A stretch of DNA of 45,625 nt. Origin: a virus. Taxonomy: Duplodnaviria; Caudoviricetes. Below the pieces are notes generated by a model that saw nothing but the letters and a program-made list of their open reading frames with translations, was not told where the DNA came from and did not search any database. Numbering within the stretch: position 1 is the first letter of the stretch; every line of letters starts with the position of its first letter. Position numbers and translations under genes: made by a program. The stretch is taken from positions 1-45,625 of the IMG/VR virus record IMGVR_UViG_3300030376_008845; one strand, 5' to 3'. Of this stretch, positions 9,336 to 17,823 are shown piece after piece.

Positions 9336-9348
9336 GTTCGTATATTTA
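9317..9348 (+). promoter_or_regulatory. Bacteroidota-type promoter; near-copy of the 3881 cassette
   Basis: CTTG-20 nt-TATATTTA; shares TTGGCTACCCA and the leader TAAAAATAAAGGTTATG with 3882..3938. Confidence 0.82.
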
Positions 9349-9370
9349 CGGGTAATTAAAAATAAAGGTT

Positions 9371-9457
9371 ATGTCTAAATCAGAAAAAATCCAATTTACT
9401 ATTATAGGGGTATGTGCAACCTATTTTGCACTAAGAACTTTAATCACTTTTATATAA
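9371..9457 (+). CDS. 28-aa single-TM peptide (not in ORF track)
   Basis: ATG at end of conserved leader; MSKSEKIQFTIIGVCATYFALRTLITFI; TAATG coupling to next gene. Confidence 0.6.
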   Translation: MSKSEKIQFTIIGVCATYFALRTLITFI

Positions 9458-9681
9458 TGGCTAGAGACGGAAATTATTCAAAAGCACCAATCGTAATTGC
9501 ATTTGCTACTTCAAATAGATCAAATGCTAAATACAAAGTCAAAGTAGTTCGCAATAGAAATATTGACGAACTGATAGATTGTAATTATATTATACCTGGT
9601 ATATCAGCAAAATGTATTATTAAAGAAGTTGGTATAGGTGAAATATTCATTGATCGATACAAAAAGAAGTATGGTGTTTAA
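9457..9681 (+). CDS. Hypothetical protein
   Basis: Start moved to the TAATG overlap at 9457 (MARDGNY...). Confidence 0.65.
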   Translation: MARDGNYSKAPIVIAFATSNRSNAKYKVKVVRNRNIDELIDCNYIIPGISAKCIIKEVGIGEIFIDRYKKKYGV

Positions 9682-10186
9682 ACCTGCATTGTCACGTAGT
9701 TTCTTACAAAAGGAGTTTGCTAAATTGCAAAAACTCAACTACAACCAATTTCGTTGGTGGAGAATGTATGACACCAAGAACAAACCATTAGATAGTCGTA
9801 GTCCACTACGTGATCGTATCTTGAATGGTGATTTTGATTTCTCACATTTTTGGTATCAAGCAGCATGGGTTGAGCATGAGTTAAATGATTTACAAAAGGA
9901 ATGTGGTGATGATGATGGTTTATTTGTAGAGAAAGGTGCCGTATTAAGAGCACGTCGTAAACGTTTACTCGAGGACTTTGAAAAGGATGAACATGATAAA
10001 TTAACAACTCTATATAATGAGTTTCCTAAATATTTTCGTGTTAGTAGATCCCAAGTAAAAGAGGAGATGGCGGACTTTAGTGGTTCCCTGATTGATTTTT
10101 ATTATCATATGGATGACAAATATAAAATAGTACATTTAAGTTATGAGCAAATTAAAAAAAGAGGTAGACCTAGAAAAACTGCCTAA
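9671..10186 (+). CDS. Hypothetical protein with C-terminal AT-hook-like motif
   Basis: Likely start ATG 9671; ends KKRGRPRKTA. Confidence 0.7.
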   Translation: MVFKPALSRSFLQKEFAKLQKLNYNQFRWWRMYDTKNKPLDSRSPLRDRILNGDFDFSHFWYQAAWVEHELNDLQKECGDDDGLFVEKGAVLRARRKRLLEDFEKDEHDKLTTLYNEFPKYFRVSRSQVKEEMADFSGSLIDFYYHMDDKYKIVHLSYEQIKKRGRPRKTA

Positions 10187-10331
10187 CCCAAAATTACACC
10201 AAATAGTATCATTTATCAAATCAGGAATTCGAGTTGCGGCTTGTGTTATTGGTGTTTGGGGATGGTATGAAATGGGATTTATAGGATTACTTCTAGCTGA
10301 ATTAGTTGGAGTTTATGAAGAAATGGTATGA
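10143..10331 (+). CDS. Small membrane protein
   Basis: HQIVSFIKSGIR followed by two hydrophobic segments. Confidence 0.65.
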   Translation: MSKLKKEVDLEKLPNPKLHQIVSFIKSGIRVAACVIGVWGWYEMGFIGLLLAELVGVYEEMV

Positions 10332-10507
10332 ATCAGAGTTTTATAATTAGCGCAACTGTTTTTACTATTATAATGGTTATATTCCATATAATTAAAGATG
10401 TTATTATAGGAAAAGATATTAGTCCTGAATTAAGAGTAAAAGTAAATAAAAGATGGCTTATTAGTACAGGTATAGGTTTATTTTTATTATATTTAATTTA
10501 TGCCTAG
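10328..10507 (+). CDS. Small 2-TM protein (59 aa, not in ORF track)
   Basis: MNQSFIISATVFTIIMVIFH...WLISTGIGLFLLYLIYA; ATGA overlap. Confidence 0.6.
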   Translation: MNQSFIISATVFTIIMVIFHIIKDVIIGKDISPELRVKVNKRWLISTGIGLFLLYLIYA

Positions 10508-10634
10508 AGGAAAACAAATAGATTGTGCAATGCAATCTCCTATTTATAGACAAATTTTAAAAGAAGTAGCTAAAGGTTATAGCTTTAAACAATGTAATAA
10601 AACAAATAAAATAATAAGAGTAAAAAATGGATAA
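10500..10634 (+). CDS. Small basic protein (44 aa, not in ORF track)
   Basis: MPRGKQIDCAMQSPIYRQILKEV... fills the gap and overlaps both neighbours. Confidence 0.45.
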   Translation: MPRGKQIDCAMQSPIYRQILKEVAKGYSFKQCNKTNKIIRVKNG

Positions 10635-11217
10635 TCTTGTTCATCCTTTTCCCTGTCCTATTTATCAAAATTTTATAGAAGAAAAATATTTTTCTCTAAT
10701 CAAAAAAAATATAATTCAATATATAAAAGATAATAAGGATGAATTTAAACCATCTTGGTTATGTCCTACTTTATCTTCATTTTTTTCTCCTAATAGTGAA
10801 GACATTTTTGAAATTCCTTCTTTAATTCCACAGATTTATTTTCATGTAGAAAAATATATTAAATATTGGAAAAATTTTGAAAAAAATCCAACTTCTTTTA
10901 CTTGTGAAAATATATGGATAAACGTTGCAGAAACAGGTGCTTATCAAGAAGAACATCATCATGACAATTTATTTTTAAGTGGAACTATATACTTCCAGGT
11001 AAACCCAAAAAGTGGATCTTTTCAATTTATTAATCCTTTAAGTGCCCAAAGTACCTTATTTCTCTCCCCAGAAAAATTTGGTTATACTTATAATATAGAA
11101 CCTCAAAATAGTATGATACTTATATTTCCTAGTTGGATGCATCATAGAGTTCTATCAAACCAATCAACTGAAAACCGTATTTCAGTATCTTTTAATATAA
11201 AAGCAAATTTTAACTAA
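10627..11217 (+). CDS. 2OG-Fe(II) oxygenase, TIGR02466-like
   Basis: WIN...HHH...SGTIY...IFPSWMHHRV...RISVSFN. Confidence 0.85.
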   Translation: MDNLVHPFPCPIYQNFIEEKYFSLIKKNIIQYIKDNKDEFKPSWLCPTLSSFFSPNSEDIFEIPSLIPQIYFHVEKYIKYWKNFEKNPTSFTCENIWINVAETGAYQEEHHHDNLFLSGTIYFQVNPKSGSFQFINPLSAQSTLFLSPEKFGYTYNIEPQNSMILIFPSWMHHRVLSNQSTENRISVSFNIKANFN

Positions 11218-11224
11218 TAAAAAA

Positions 11225-11470
11225 ATGAAAAAAATATTATATTTTAGTGCTGCATGGTGTGGACCATGCAAAATGTTAGGTCCAATTATGGAATCCCTAG
11301 CTGGAGAAATTAATTATGAAAAAATTGATGTAGATAATAATCAAGATTTATCTATTCAATATGGAGTTAGAAATATTCCTACATTAATTCTCGTGGAGAA
11401 TGGAGAAGCTGTTGGTAGATTGACAGGATTACAACAAAAAAATCAAATCCTTGAGTTTTATAATAGGTAA
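11225..11470 (+). CDS. trxA: Thioredoxin
   Basis: WCGPC active site; IPT cis-Pro motif. Confidence 0.95.
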   Translation: MKKILYFSAAWCGPCKMLGPIMESLAGEINYEKIDVDNNQDLSIQYGVRNIPTLILVENGEAVGRLTGLQQKNQILEFYNR

Positions 11471-11711
11471 ATCGTGTGTAGGAATTAAAGATGGGGCTTG
11501 TATTGCTGCTTGTCCTGTTGATTGCATTCATATAGGTGAACAACAAATGTATATCGATCCTGAAGAATGTATAGATTGTGGTGCTTGTGTTCCAGAATGT
11601 CCTGTAGAGGCAATTTTTGAAGACGAGGAAGAAGCAATCGAAGCTGGAGAATTAGATTCAGTAAAAGCAAATTATAAATTTTTTAATCTAAGTTATGGAA
11701 CAAATAATTGA
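11451..11711 (+). CDS. Dicluster (7Fe/8Fe-type) ferredoxin
   Basis: C..C...CPVDC and CIDCGACVPECP; TTG start. Confidence 0.92.
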   Translation: MSFIIGKSCVGIKDGACIAACPVDCIHIGEQQMYIDPEECIDCGACVPECPVEAIFEDEEEAIEAGELDSVKANYKFFNLSYGTNN

Positions 11712-11910
11712 AATCAAGAAAAATAAGTCGAACTATGTACAAATTGAACTTCGTGAATATGAAGGACATAAGTATGTAGATGTAAGAGAATTTTACGATG
11801 CTGAAGATGGTAAACGTTTACCCACTAAAAAAGGTATTACATTCTCTCCTAAAGTATTAGAGGAAGTAATTGATGGTTTAACAATGCTAAATGAACAAAT
11901 AGATGGGTAA
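11695..11910 (+). CDS. PC4/p15-like ssDNA-binding protein
   Basis: YVDVREFY...LPTKKGITF signature. Confidence 0.85.
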   Translation: MEQIIEIKKNKSNYVQIELREYEGHKYVDVREFYDAEDGKRLPTKKGITFSPKVLEEVIDGLTMLNEQIDG

Positions 11911-12418
11911 ATATACATCAACAAAAGTATTTGACGGATTTAGTTGTGTTTTTCGTCAATGGAAAGCAGATACAACACATTGTAGATTCCTCCATGGATA
12001 TGGAGTATCATTTAAGGTATGGTTCGAAGGTGAATTAGACGATAGAAATTGGGTTTGGGACTTTGGTGGTATGAAAAGAGCTAAAGGACAAATCGATGGT
12101 AAATCTCCTAAGGAATGGATGGACTATATGTTTGATCATACTTTCTTAGTAGCCGATGATGATCCTTATGTAGAATCATTTATGAAAATGGACGAGATGG
12201 GTGTTGCACAAGTAAGAGTAATCCCAGCTACAGGAGCAGAACGTTTTGCTCAATTTATATTTGATAAATTAGATCCATTTATTAAAGAAGAAACAGAAGG
12301 CAGAGTAAAAATTACAAAAGTAGAATTTAGAGAACATGGTAAAAATTCTGCTATGTATGAAGCTGCTTCTTCAAATGAAAAATTAGAAACTATCTTAAGT
12401 AGTCTTAAGGATTTATAA
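11903..12418 (+). CDS. queD: 6-carboxy-5,6,7,8-tetrahydropterin synthase (QueD/PTPS family)
   Basis: HCRFLHGY, WVWDFG, FDHT, GAERFA, EFREH..NSA. Confidence 0.88.
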   Translation: MGKYTSTKVFDGFSCVFRQWKADTTHCRFLHGYGVSFKVWFEGELDDRNWVWDFGGMKRAKGQIDGKSPKEWMDYMFDHTFLVADDDPYVESFMKMDEMGVAQVRVIPATGAERFAQFIFDKLDPFIKEETEGRVKITKVEFREHGKNSAMYEAASSNEKLETILSSLKDL

Positions 12419-13203
12419 TGAAAGTATCACACGAAGTACCACGTTGTTTACTAAATAATAGTCACGAATTTAACGATTATGATTATTGTTTACCTCATCT
12501 TTTAGATCAAGATGAAAGATATAAAAATTTCTTTCTTAAATCTAAAGAAGAGGGACGTTATATTATCATGGATAATTCGCTTCATGAATTAGGACAAGCC
12601 TACGATCATAAACGTTTATTACACTGGATACAAGAACTAGAACCAGATGAATTTATTGTACCTGATGTTTGGATGAAACAAGCTCAAACTTGTGCCCAAG
12701 CAAAATATTGGCTACAATACAAATACCCTAAAAAAACCACTATTACAGCTGTAGTACAAGGTGAAGATGAAGAAAAGGCTTATTTGTGTGCTATGTTACT
12801 TAAAGATCTAGGATATGATAAACTTTGTATTTCGTATGGTGCTACTTGGTATGGTGATACTGCTTTAGATAAAGCACTTGGTAGAATAAAATTTGTAAAA
12901 AGTTTATTAAATAATTCCAATTTTAAAGATATTAAATTTCATTTATTAGGATGTGCTGTACCTCAAGAATTTGGTTGGTATAATAACCACCCTCAAATTG
13001 AATCAATTGATACATCAAATCCAATAATGTCTGCTTTAGAAAATGTAGATTATACTAGACAAGGTTTAGTAGAAAAACCTAAGGCAAATATGAATGAATA
13101 TTTCGATATTAACCCCTATAAAGTTAATTATGAGAATATTTTAAAAAATGTAAAACGTTTTCGTAAAATCAATGGATTAAAAAGTTATGGCAGAAATAAT
13201 TAG
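12418..13203 (+). CDS. TGT-fold transglycosylase, DpdA-like
   Basis: TGT-like motif order IMDNS, VPDV, VVQG, HLLG, SIDTS; translationally coupled to queD inside the que cluster. Confidence 0.72.
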   Translation: MKVSHEVPRCLLNNSHEFNDYDYCLPHLLDQDERYKNFFLKSKEEGRYIIMDNSLHELGQAYDHKRLLHWIQELEPDEFIVPDVWMKQAQTCAQAKYWLQYKYPKKTTITAVVQGEDEEKAYLCAMLLKDLGYDKLCISYGATWYGDTALDKALGRIKFVKSLLNNSNFKDIKFHLLGCAVPQEFGWYNNHPQIESIDTSNPIMSALENVDYTRQGLVEKPKANMNEYFDINPYKVNYENILKNVKRFRKINGLKSYGRNN

Positions 13204-13372
13204 ACACACATTTGGTTTTTGTGGTGAACATTTTCACCCAAATATTTGGCACCTTCTAATAGGAGGTTTTGGAATATCTACTATTTTTTCTTATATTGCG
13301 ATATATATAAAATGTAGATTTAAAGCGTTTGCCTATACGCTTAATAATACCTGGCAAAAATTAAATAAATAA
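13187..13372 (+). CDS. Small membrane protein whose 3' half overlaps the queC promoter and leader
   Basis: HTFGFCGEHFHPN followed by a TM segment. Confidence 0.5.
   Translation: MAEIIRHTFGFCGEHFHPNIWHLLIGGFGISTIFSYIAIYIKCRFKAFAYTLNNTWQKLNK
13268..13299 (+). promoter_or_regulatory. Promoter for queC
   Basis: TTTG(13268)-20 nt-TATATTGC(13292). Confidence 0.65.
13323..13357 (+). promoter_or_regulatory. Candidate cis-regulatory RNA (H-type pseudoknot) in queC leader
   Basis: P1 AAGCGT/ACGCTT; loop TTGCC can pair with GGCAA (13353-13357) after linker AATAATACCT; ends 17 nt before the ATG. Confidence 0.5.
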
Positions 13373-13374
13373 AA

Positions 13375-14190
13375 ATGGCAAAAAACGTCGTAGTATCCTT
13401 ATCTGGAGGGATGGATTCCTCAACACTATTACTTAGATGTTTATCTGAGTACGATCAAGTAACAGCAATTTCTTTTGATTACGGTCAAAAGCATAGAGTT
13501 GAACTTGAAAGAGCCCAACAATTAGTTGGTTATTTACTCCAAAATGGTTTAAATGTAAATTACCAAGTAATTAAACTAGATGGTTTAGTTAACTTGTTAA
13601 ATTCAGCATTAGTTCAAGGTGGTGAAGATGTTCCTGAAGGACATTATGAAGAAGATAACATGAAAGCTACTGTTGTTCCTAACCGTAATAAAATATTTGC
13701 TTCATTAGTACAAGCTGTAGCATTATCAGCTGCAAACGCTAATGGAAATGATACTGATATTGCATTAGGTATACATGCAGGTGATCATGCTATTTATCCT
13801 GACTGCAGACAAGAATTTAGAGATGCTGATGATGCAGCTTTTAGAATAGGTAACTGGGAAGCTGATAAAGTAGGTTATTTTACACCTTATTTAGAAACTG
13901 ATAAACTAGGAATTTTAAAAGATGGACAAGAATTGGTTAAAGAGCTCGGAATTGAATTTAATGAGGTGTACAAACGTACTAATACTTCATACAAGCCCTA
14001 TCCTAGCGGCAATAGCGATTACAAATCAGCTTCATCTGTTGAGCGCATTGAAGCATTTATCGATCTTGGTGTGGACGACCCTGTACAATATGAGGATGAA
14101 ACTGGACCGGTTGAATACAGTGTTGCGAGGTCTCACGTAGAAAAACTACTAGAAGAACATTCGTCAGTTGCTGTATTAGGTGATGCATAA
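13375..14190 (+). CDS. queC: 7-cyano-7-deazaguanine synthase (variant lacking the Zn-binding Cys)
   Basis: SLSGGMDS, FDYGQKH..E, TVVPNRN, YPDCR. Confidence 0.95.
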   Translation: MAKNVVVSLSGGMDSSTLLLRCLSEYDQVTAISFDYGQKHRVELERAQQLVGYLLQNGLNVNYQVIKLDGLVNLLNSALVQGGEDVPEGHYEEDNMKATVVPNRNKIFASLVQAVALSAANANGNDTDIALGIHAGDHAIYPDCRQEFRDADDAAFRIGNWEADKVGYFTPYLETDKLGILKDGQELVKELGIEFNEVYKRTNTSYKPYPSGNSDYKSASSVERIEAFIDLGVDDPVQYEDETGPVEYSVARSHVEKLLEEHSSVAVLGDA

Positions 14191-14729
14191 TGCAACAAGA
14201 ATTTTCCCCTATTTTAAATCTGGATATGTTTCCCCAAAAATTAATGGGGTTTACATATCCAGGGGATATTCAACCTTTTATAAATAAAGCTTATGAAATT
14301 GAATCTAATTACCCACATGAGGGATTAGAACATTTTAAAGGTATTATTTATACCTCTCCTTATTTTCTTGACCAAAAATTTTCAGAATTTATTCCTTTAA
14401 GAGAATATATAATAAAAATTGTAGAATTAAATTATCAATTTAAATGTCGTGTTCAAGATATGTGGATTAATATCTACAAAAAATATGGTTATAACGACTA
14501 TCACTCACATAAACCTTGCCCTCTAGTTGGGGTTTTATTTTTAAAAGTTCCTAGTAATCATTCTGGGTTAAGTTTTCATAATAAATTTAATCCTGAGCAA
14601 AAATACACTATTAATCCACCTCCTGGATCTCTTATATTATTTGAAGGAGACCAAGCCCACAGTTCACTTCCAAATCCTACAAATGAAGAAAAAATTATTA
14701 TAGCTTTTAATTTAGAAAAAATAGATTAG
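14190..14729 (+). CDS. 2OG-Fe(II) oxygenase-like protein
   Basis: MWIN...HSH...LILFEGDQAHSS...KIIIAFN. Confidence 0.78.
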   Translation: MQQEFSPILNLDMFPQKLMGFTYPGDIQPFINKAYEIESNYPHEGLEHFKGIIYTSPYFLDQKFSEFIPLREYIIKIVELNYQFKCRVQDMWINIYKKYGYNDYHSHKPCPLVGVLFLKVPSNHSGLSFHNKFNPEQKYTINPPPGSLILFEGDQAHSSLPNPTNEEKIIIAFNLEKID

Positions 14730-14780
14730 TTAAAAGAACACGTAATATTCATATATTTATTGCCACAAACCTAGCTATAA

Positions 14781-16424
14781 ATGTCTACACTTACAAATAG
14801 AACTATAAGGTCCACCTATGGACAACTTATACAATTAGAAGATACATTATTTCAAGATGGTTTTGGAACTGGTTCCCTAAGTGGTTCGTATGAACTTACT
14901 GGCTCTCAATTTATTAGTGGTACTCTTCATATTACTGGTAATCTGGAAGTTACAGGTACAGCATCTATTGGCTATCTAGAAACTATTTATGAAACCTCAT
15001 CTATAATATATAGTTCAGGTTCTACTAAATTTGGAGATGATACTTCAGACACTCATGAATTTACAGGAAGTGTTACAATTAGTGGTTCAGCTTATAGTGA
15101 AAATTGGAGTGGATCATTTAGTGGTTCATTTTTTGGTTTAATTGATTCCGCATCTAATGCTGAAAGAGCAGTTAGTGCTTCACAAGCAGATAGTGCTACT
15201 ACAGCATCTCATGCTTTAAATTCTTCAAATATTAATGTACAACAAGAAGAAAGTAGTGGAGCAGGTCATTATATTACTTTTGCACAATCAAATGTTGGAG
15301 AAACACAATTAAAAACAGATAGTGGTTTAACTTATATCCCACAAACTGATACTTTAAATGTTACTAAAGTAATAGGACAGTTAGAGGGTAGTGCTTCATA
15401 TGCTGAAACAGCATCTGTATTATTAGGCGCAGTAATTTCAGCTTCTCATGCTGAAACTGCTTCATTAGCAATTTCAACATCTGTAATTGTTCAAACTTCA
15501 TCTTCATTTGCTGCAAGTGGTGATGGTCCATTTACTGGTTCATTCTCAAGTAGTTTACATTCATTATTATCAGGTTCATTTACAGGTTCTTATACAGGTT
15601 CACTTACAGGATCTCTTATAGGTACTGCTTCTATAGCAGATTTTGCTACTACTGCTTCACACGCTTTATCAATTCAAAGTGGTTTAACATCTTCAAGAGC
15701 AACTAGTGCTTCAATAGCAGATGAATTATCACAATTAGCTACAGCTAGTTTTGCTGATACGGCTACTTTATCACGTGGTGGTTCAGGCTCATTTAGTGGT
15801 TCATTCCAAGGTGATGGAGAAAATTTAACAGGTATTAATAGCTATGTAGTTGCAAATAATGCTCAAGAAAGAGTAGTATTAGCAACATCCGAATCAGTAT
15901 CAGGTAGTGCAACATCAGGTTTAACTTATAATGGAACTACCTTTACTATAACAGGTAACGTTAACACGGGTCAAGGTGCTACTGAGATTTATTTAATGAA
16001 TCAAAATGTTCAAACAGGTAACAGTGTTCAGTTTAATGGGCTAGGAGTTGGTACTGCACCTTCAGGAGTTGTAGGAGCTATTCTAGCAACAAATGATGTA
16101 GTAGCATTTGCTTCTTCAGATGAAAGGTTAAAAGATAATTTAGAGCCAATTGGAAGTGCTATTGAAAAAGTAGGGCAATTAACAGGTTATACATTCGATT
16201 GGATTCCAATGGAAGGTATTCACGTTCATAGTGGACATGATGTAGGAGTTGTTGCTCAAGAAGTAGAAAAAGTACTTCCTGAAATTGTAGAAGATAGAGG
16301 GAATGGATATAAAGCTGTTAAATATGATAAATTAACAGCACTATTAATTCAGGCTGTTAATGAGCAACAACAACAAATTGCAGAATTAACAACTGAACTA
16401 AATTGGGTAAAAAATCGATTATAA
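14781..16424 (+). CDS. Tail fibre/spike-like protein with C-terminal peptidase S74 chaperone domain
   Basis: Ser/Gly/Thr-rich GS(F/Y/L)(S/T) repeats; SDERLK, GVVAQEVEKVLPE, VKYDKLTALLIQAV and terminal coiled coil. Confidence 0.85.
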   Translation: MSTLTNRTIRSTYGQLIQLEDTLFQDGFGTGSLSGSYELTGSQFISGTLHITGNLEVTGTASIGYLETIYETSSIIYSSGSTKFGDDTSDTHEFTGSVTISGSAYSENWSGSFSGSFFGLIDSASNAERAVSASQADSATTASHALNSSNINVQQEESSGAGHYITFAQSNVGETQLKTDSGLTYIPQTDTLNVTKVIGQLEGSASYAETASVLLGAVISASHAETASLAISTSVIVQTSSSFAASGDGPFTGSFSSSLHSLLSGSFTGSYTGSLTGSLIGTASIADFATTASHALSIQSGLTSSRATSASIADELSQLATASFADTATLSRGGSGSFSGSFQGDGENLTGINSYVVANNAQERVVLATSESVSGSATSGLTYNGTTFTITGNVNTGQGATEIYLMNQNVQTGNSVQFNGLGVGTAPSGVVGAILATNDVVAFASSDERLKDNLEPIGSAIEKVGQLTGYTFDWIPMEGIHVHSGHDVGVVAQEVEKVLPEIVEDRGNGYKAVKYDKLTALLIQAVNEQQQQIAELTTELNWVKNRL

Positions 16425-16425
16425 A

Positions 16426-16457
16426 TTTGGTTACCTAAAATAGTTATATTATATTGC
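16426..16457 (+). promoter_or_regulatory. Promoter for queE
   Basis: TTTG(16426)-20 nt-TATATTGC(16450), intergenic. Confidence 0.72.
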
Positions 16458-16475
16458 GACCAATTAAAAAAGGTC

Positions 16476-16507
16476 AAGTGACAGTAAAACCACTTAAAAA
16501 AATTAAC
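16476..16507 (+). promoter_or_regulatory. Candidate preQ1-I-like leader RNA upstream of queE
   Basis: AAGTG-ACAGTAAAAC-CACTT-AAAAAAATTAAC: 5-bp stem, 10-nt loop ending in C, A-rich tail reaching the start codon. Confidence 0.4.
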
Positions 16508-16509
16508 AT

Positions 16510-17283
16510 ATGCTTAAAAGGCTTGAGGACTATAATAAAGTCCTTCCCATCGTAGAAATTTATACCGCAGTTCAATCAGAAGGTTCTAGACAAGGCTATC
16601 CCACAATCGTAGTTCGTACTTCAGGATGCACCCACCGATGTTATTTTGGTGAAGGTGGCTGGTGTGATTCATGGTATACTTCAATCCACCCAGAAAAAGG
16701 AAAATATACATTTAATGATATAATTAAAATGTATGATGAAAATCCCCACATTGATGAAATGATGTTAACAGGTGGTTCTCCTACTATGCACCCTGCACTT
16801 GTAAACGAATTAACACACCTAGCCAATGAAAGAGATATTTTTATTACTATCGAGACTGAAGGAAGTCATTTTCTTCCTACTGATTATCCCATTAACCTTC
16901 TTAGTATTAGCCCTAAGTTTTCCAATAGTGTTCCTGTGGTTGGAGTGGAAACGCCTCAAGGAGCGATCACTGATGAAAAAATGGTTAAACGTCACAACAA
17001 ATTCAGAGTAAATAAAGATGCAATTAAAAAGAGTATTGATTATCATCATGATTACCATATTAAGCCTGTCCTTGACAAAGAGCTTTCAATGGTTCCAGAA
17101 GTTGAAGAATTCCTAGAAGCTCTAAAAATCCCAGATAATAAAGTATGGGCAATGCCTGCTGGTGATGTTAGAGAAAATCTATTTGAATCTTATCCTATAG
17201 TTATGGATTTTGTAAGAGATCGAGGATGGAGGTTTACAGGTAGAGCTCACATTATGGCTTTTAATGATCAAAGAGAAGTATAG
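16510..17283 (+). CDS. queE: 7-carboxy-7-deazaguanine synthase (radical SAM)
   Basis: EIYTAVQSEG, CTHRCYFGEGGWCD, LTGGSP, IETEG, SISPK, RAH. Confidence 0.92.
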   Translation: MLKRLEDYNKVLPIVEIYTAVQSEGSRQGYPTIVVRTSGCTHRCYFGEGGWCDSWYTSIHPEKGKYTFNDIIKMYDENPHIDEMMLTGGSPTMHPALVNELTHLANERDIFITIETEGSHFLPTDYPINLLSISPKFSNSVPVVGVETPQGAITDEKMVKRHNKFRVNKDAIKKSIDYHHDYHIKPVLDKELSMVPEVEEFLEALKIPDNKVWAMPAGDVRENLFESYPIVMDFVRDRGWRFTGRAHIMAFNDQREV

Positions 17284-17813
17284 TGAATTTTAAAAAATTA
17301 GATACTTTTATTCATGAATATGATTTTCCTATTCATGATTTAATTATACCTTATAAGGAAGACATTATAAAACAATTTGAAAGTAAACTTAATTTTAATA
17401 AAGGTAATAATATACCTTATACTAATTCTTACTTAGAGGATTTAGTTTTTCCTAAATTTTTAGATTTAATTAAAAATAACTATGAGGTAGACAATCTAAT
17501 TAATGATTTAAAGTTATGGGTATATGTTCAAAATAATTTTTTTAATAGACCTTCTCTCCATCACCATATTCCAACTTCTACTCTTAATGCTGTATTTTAT
17601 ATTAATATTCCTAAAATAGGTGGTGAACTTGAATTTAAATATGAAGATACATCTTATGTACTTTCTCCTAAAAAAGATAAAATATATATATTTCCTTATT
17701 GGTTACCTCATAAACCCTTACCTCAAAAAGATGAAGATAAAAGAATATGTTTTAATTTAGAATATTTTTGTAAACAAAGACCTATGCATAAAGAAACTCA
17801 AATAATTTGGTAA
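17283..17813 (+). CDS. 2OG-Fe(II) oxygenase-like protein
   Basis: HHH...NAVFY...GGEL...IFPYWLPHKP...RICFN; TAGTG coupling. Confidence 0.78.
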   Translation: MNFKKLDTFIHEYDFPIHDLIIPYKEDIIKQFESKLNFNKGNNIPYTNSYLEDLVFPKFLDLIKNNYEVDNLINDLKLWVYVQNNFFNRPSLHHHIPTSTLNAVFYINIPKIGGELEFKYEDTSYVLSPKKDKIYIFPYWLPHKPLPQKDEDKRICFNLEYFCKQRPMHKETQIIW

Positions 17814-17823
17814 AGTATTAATT

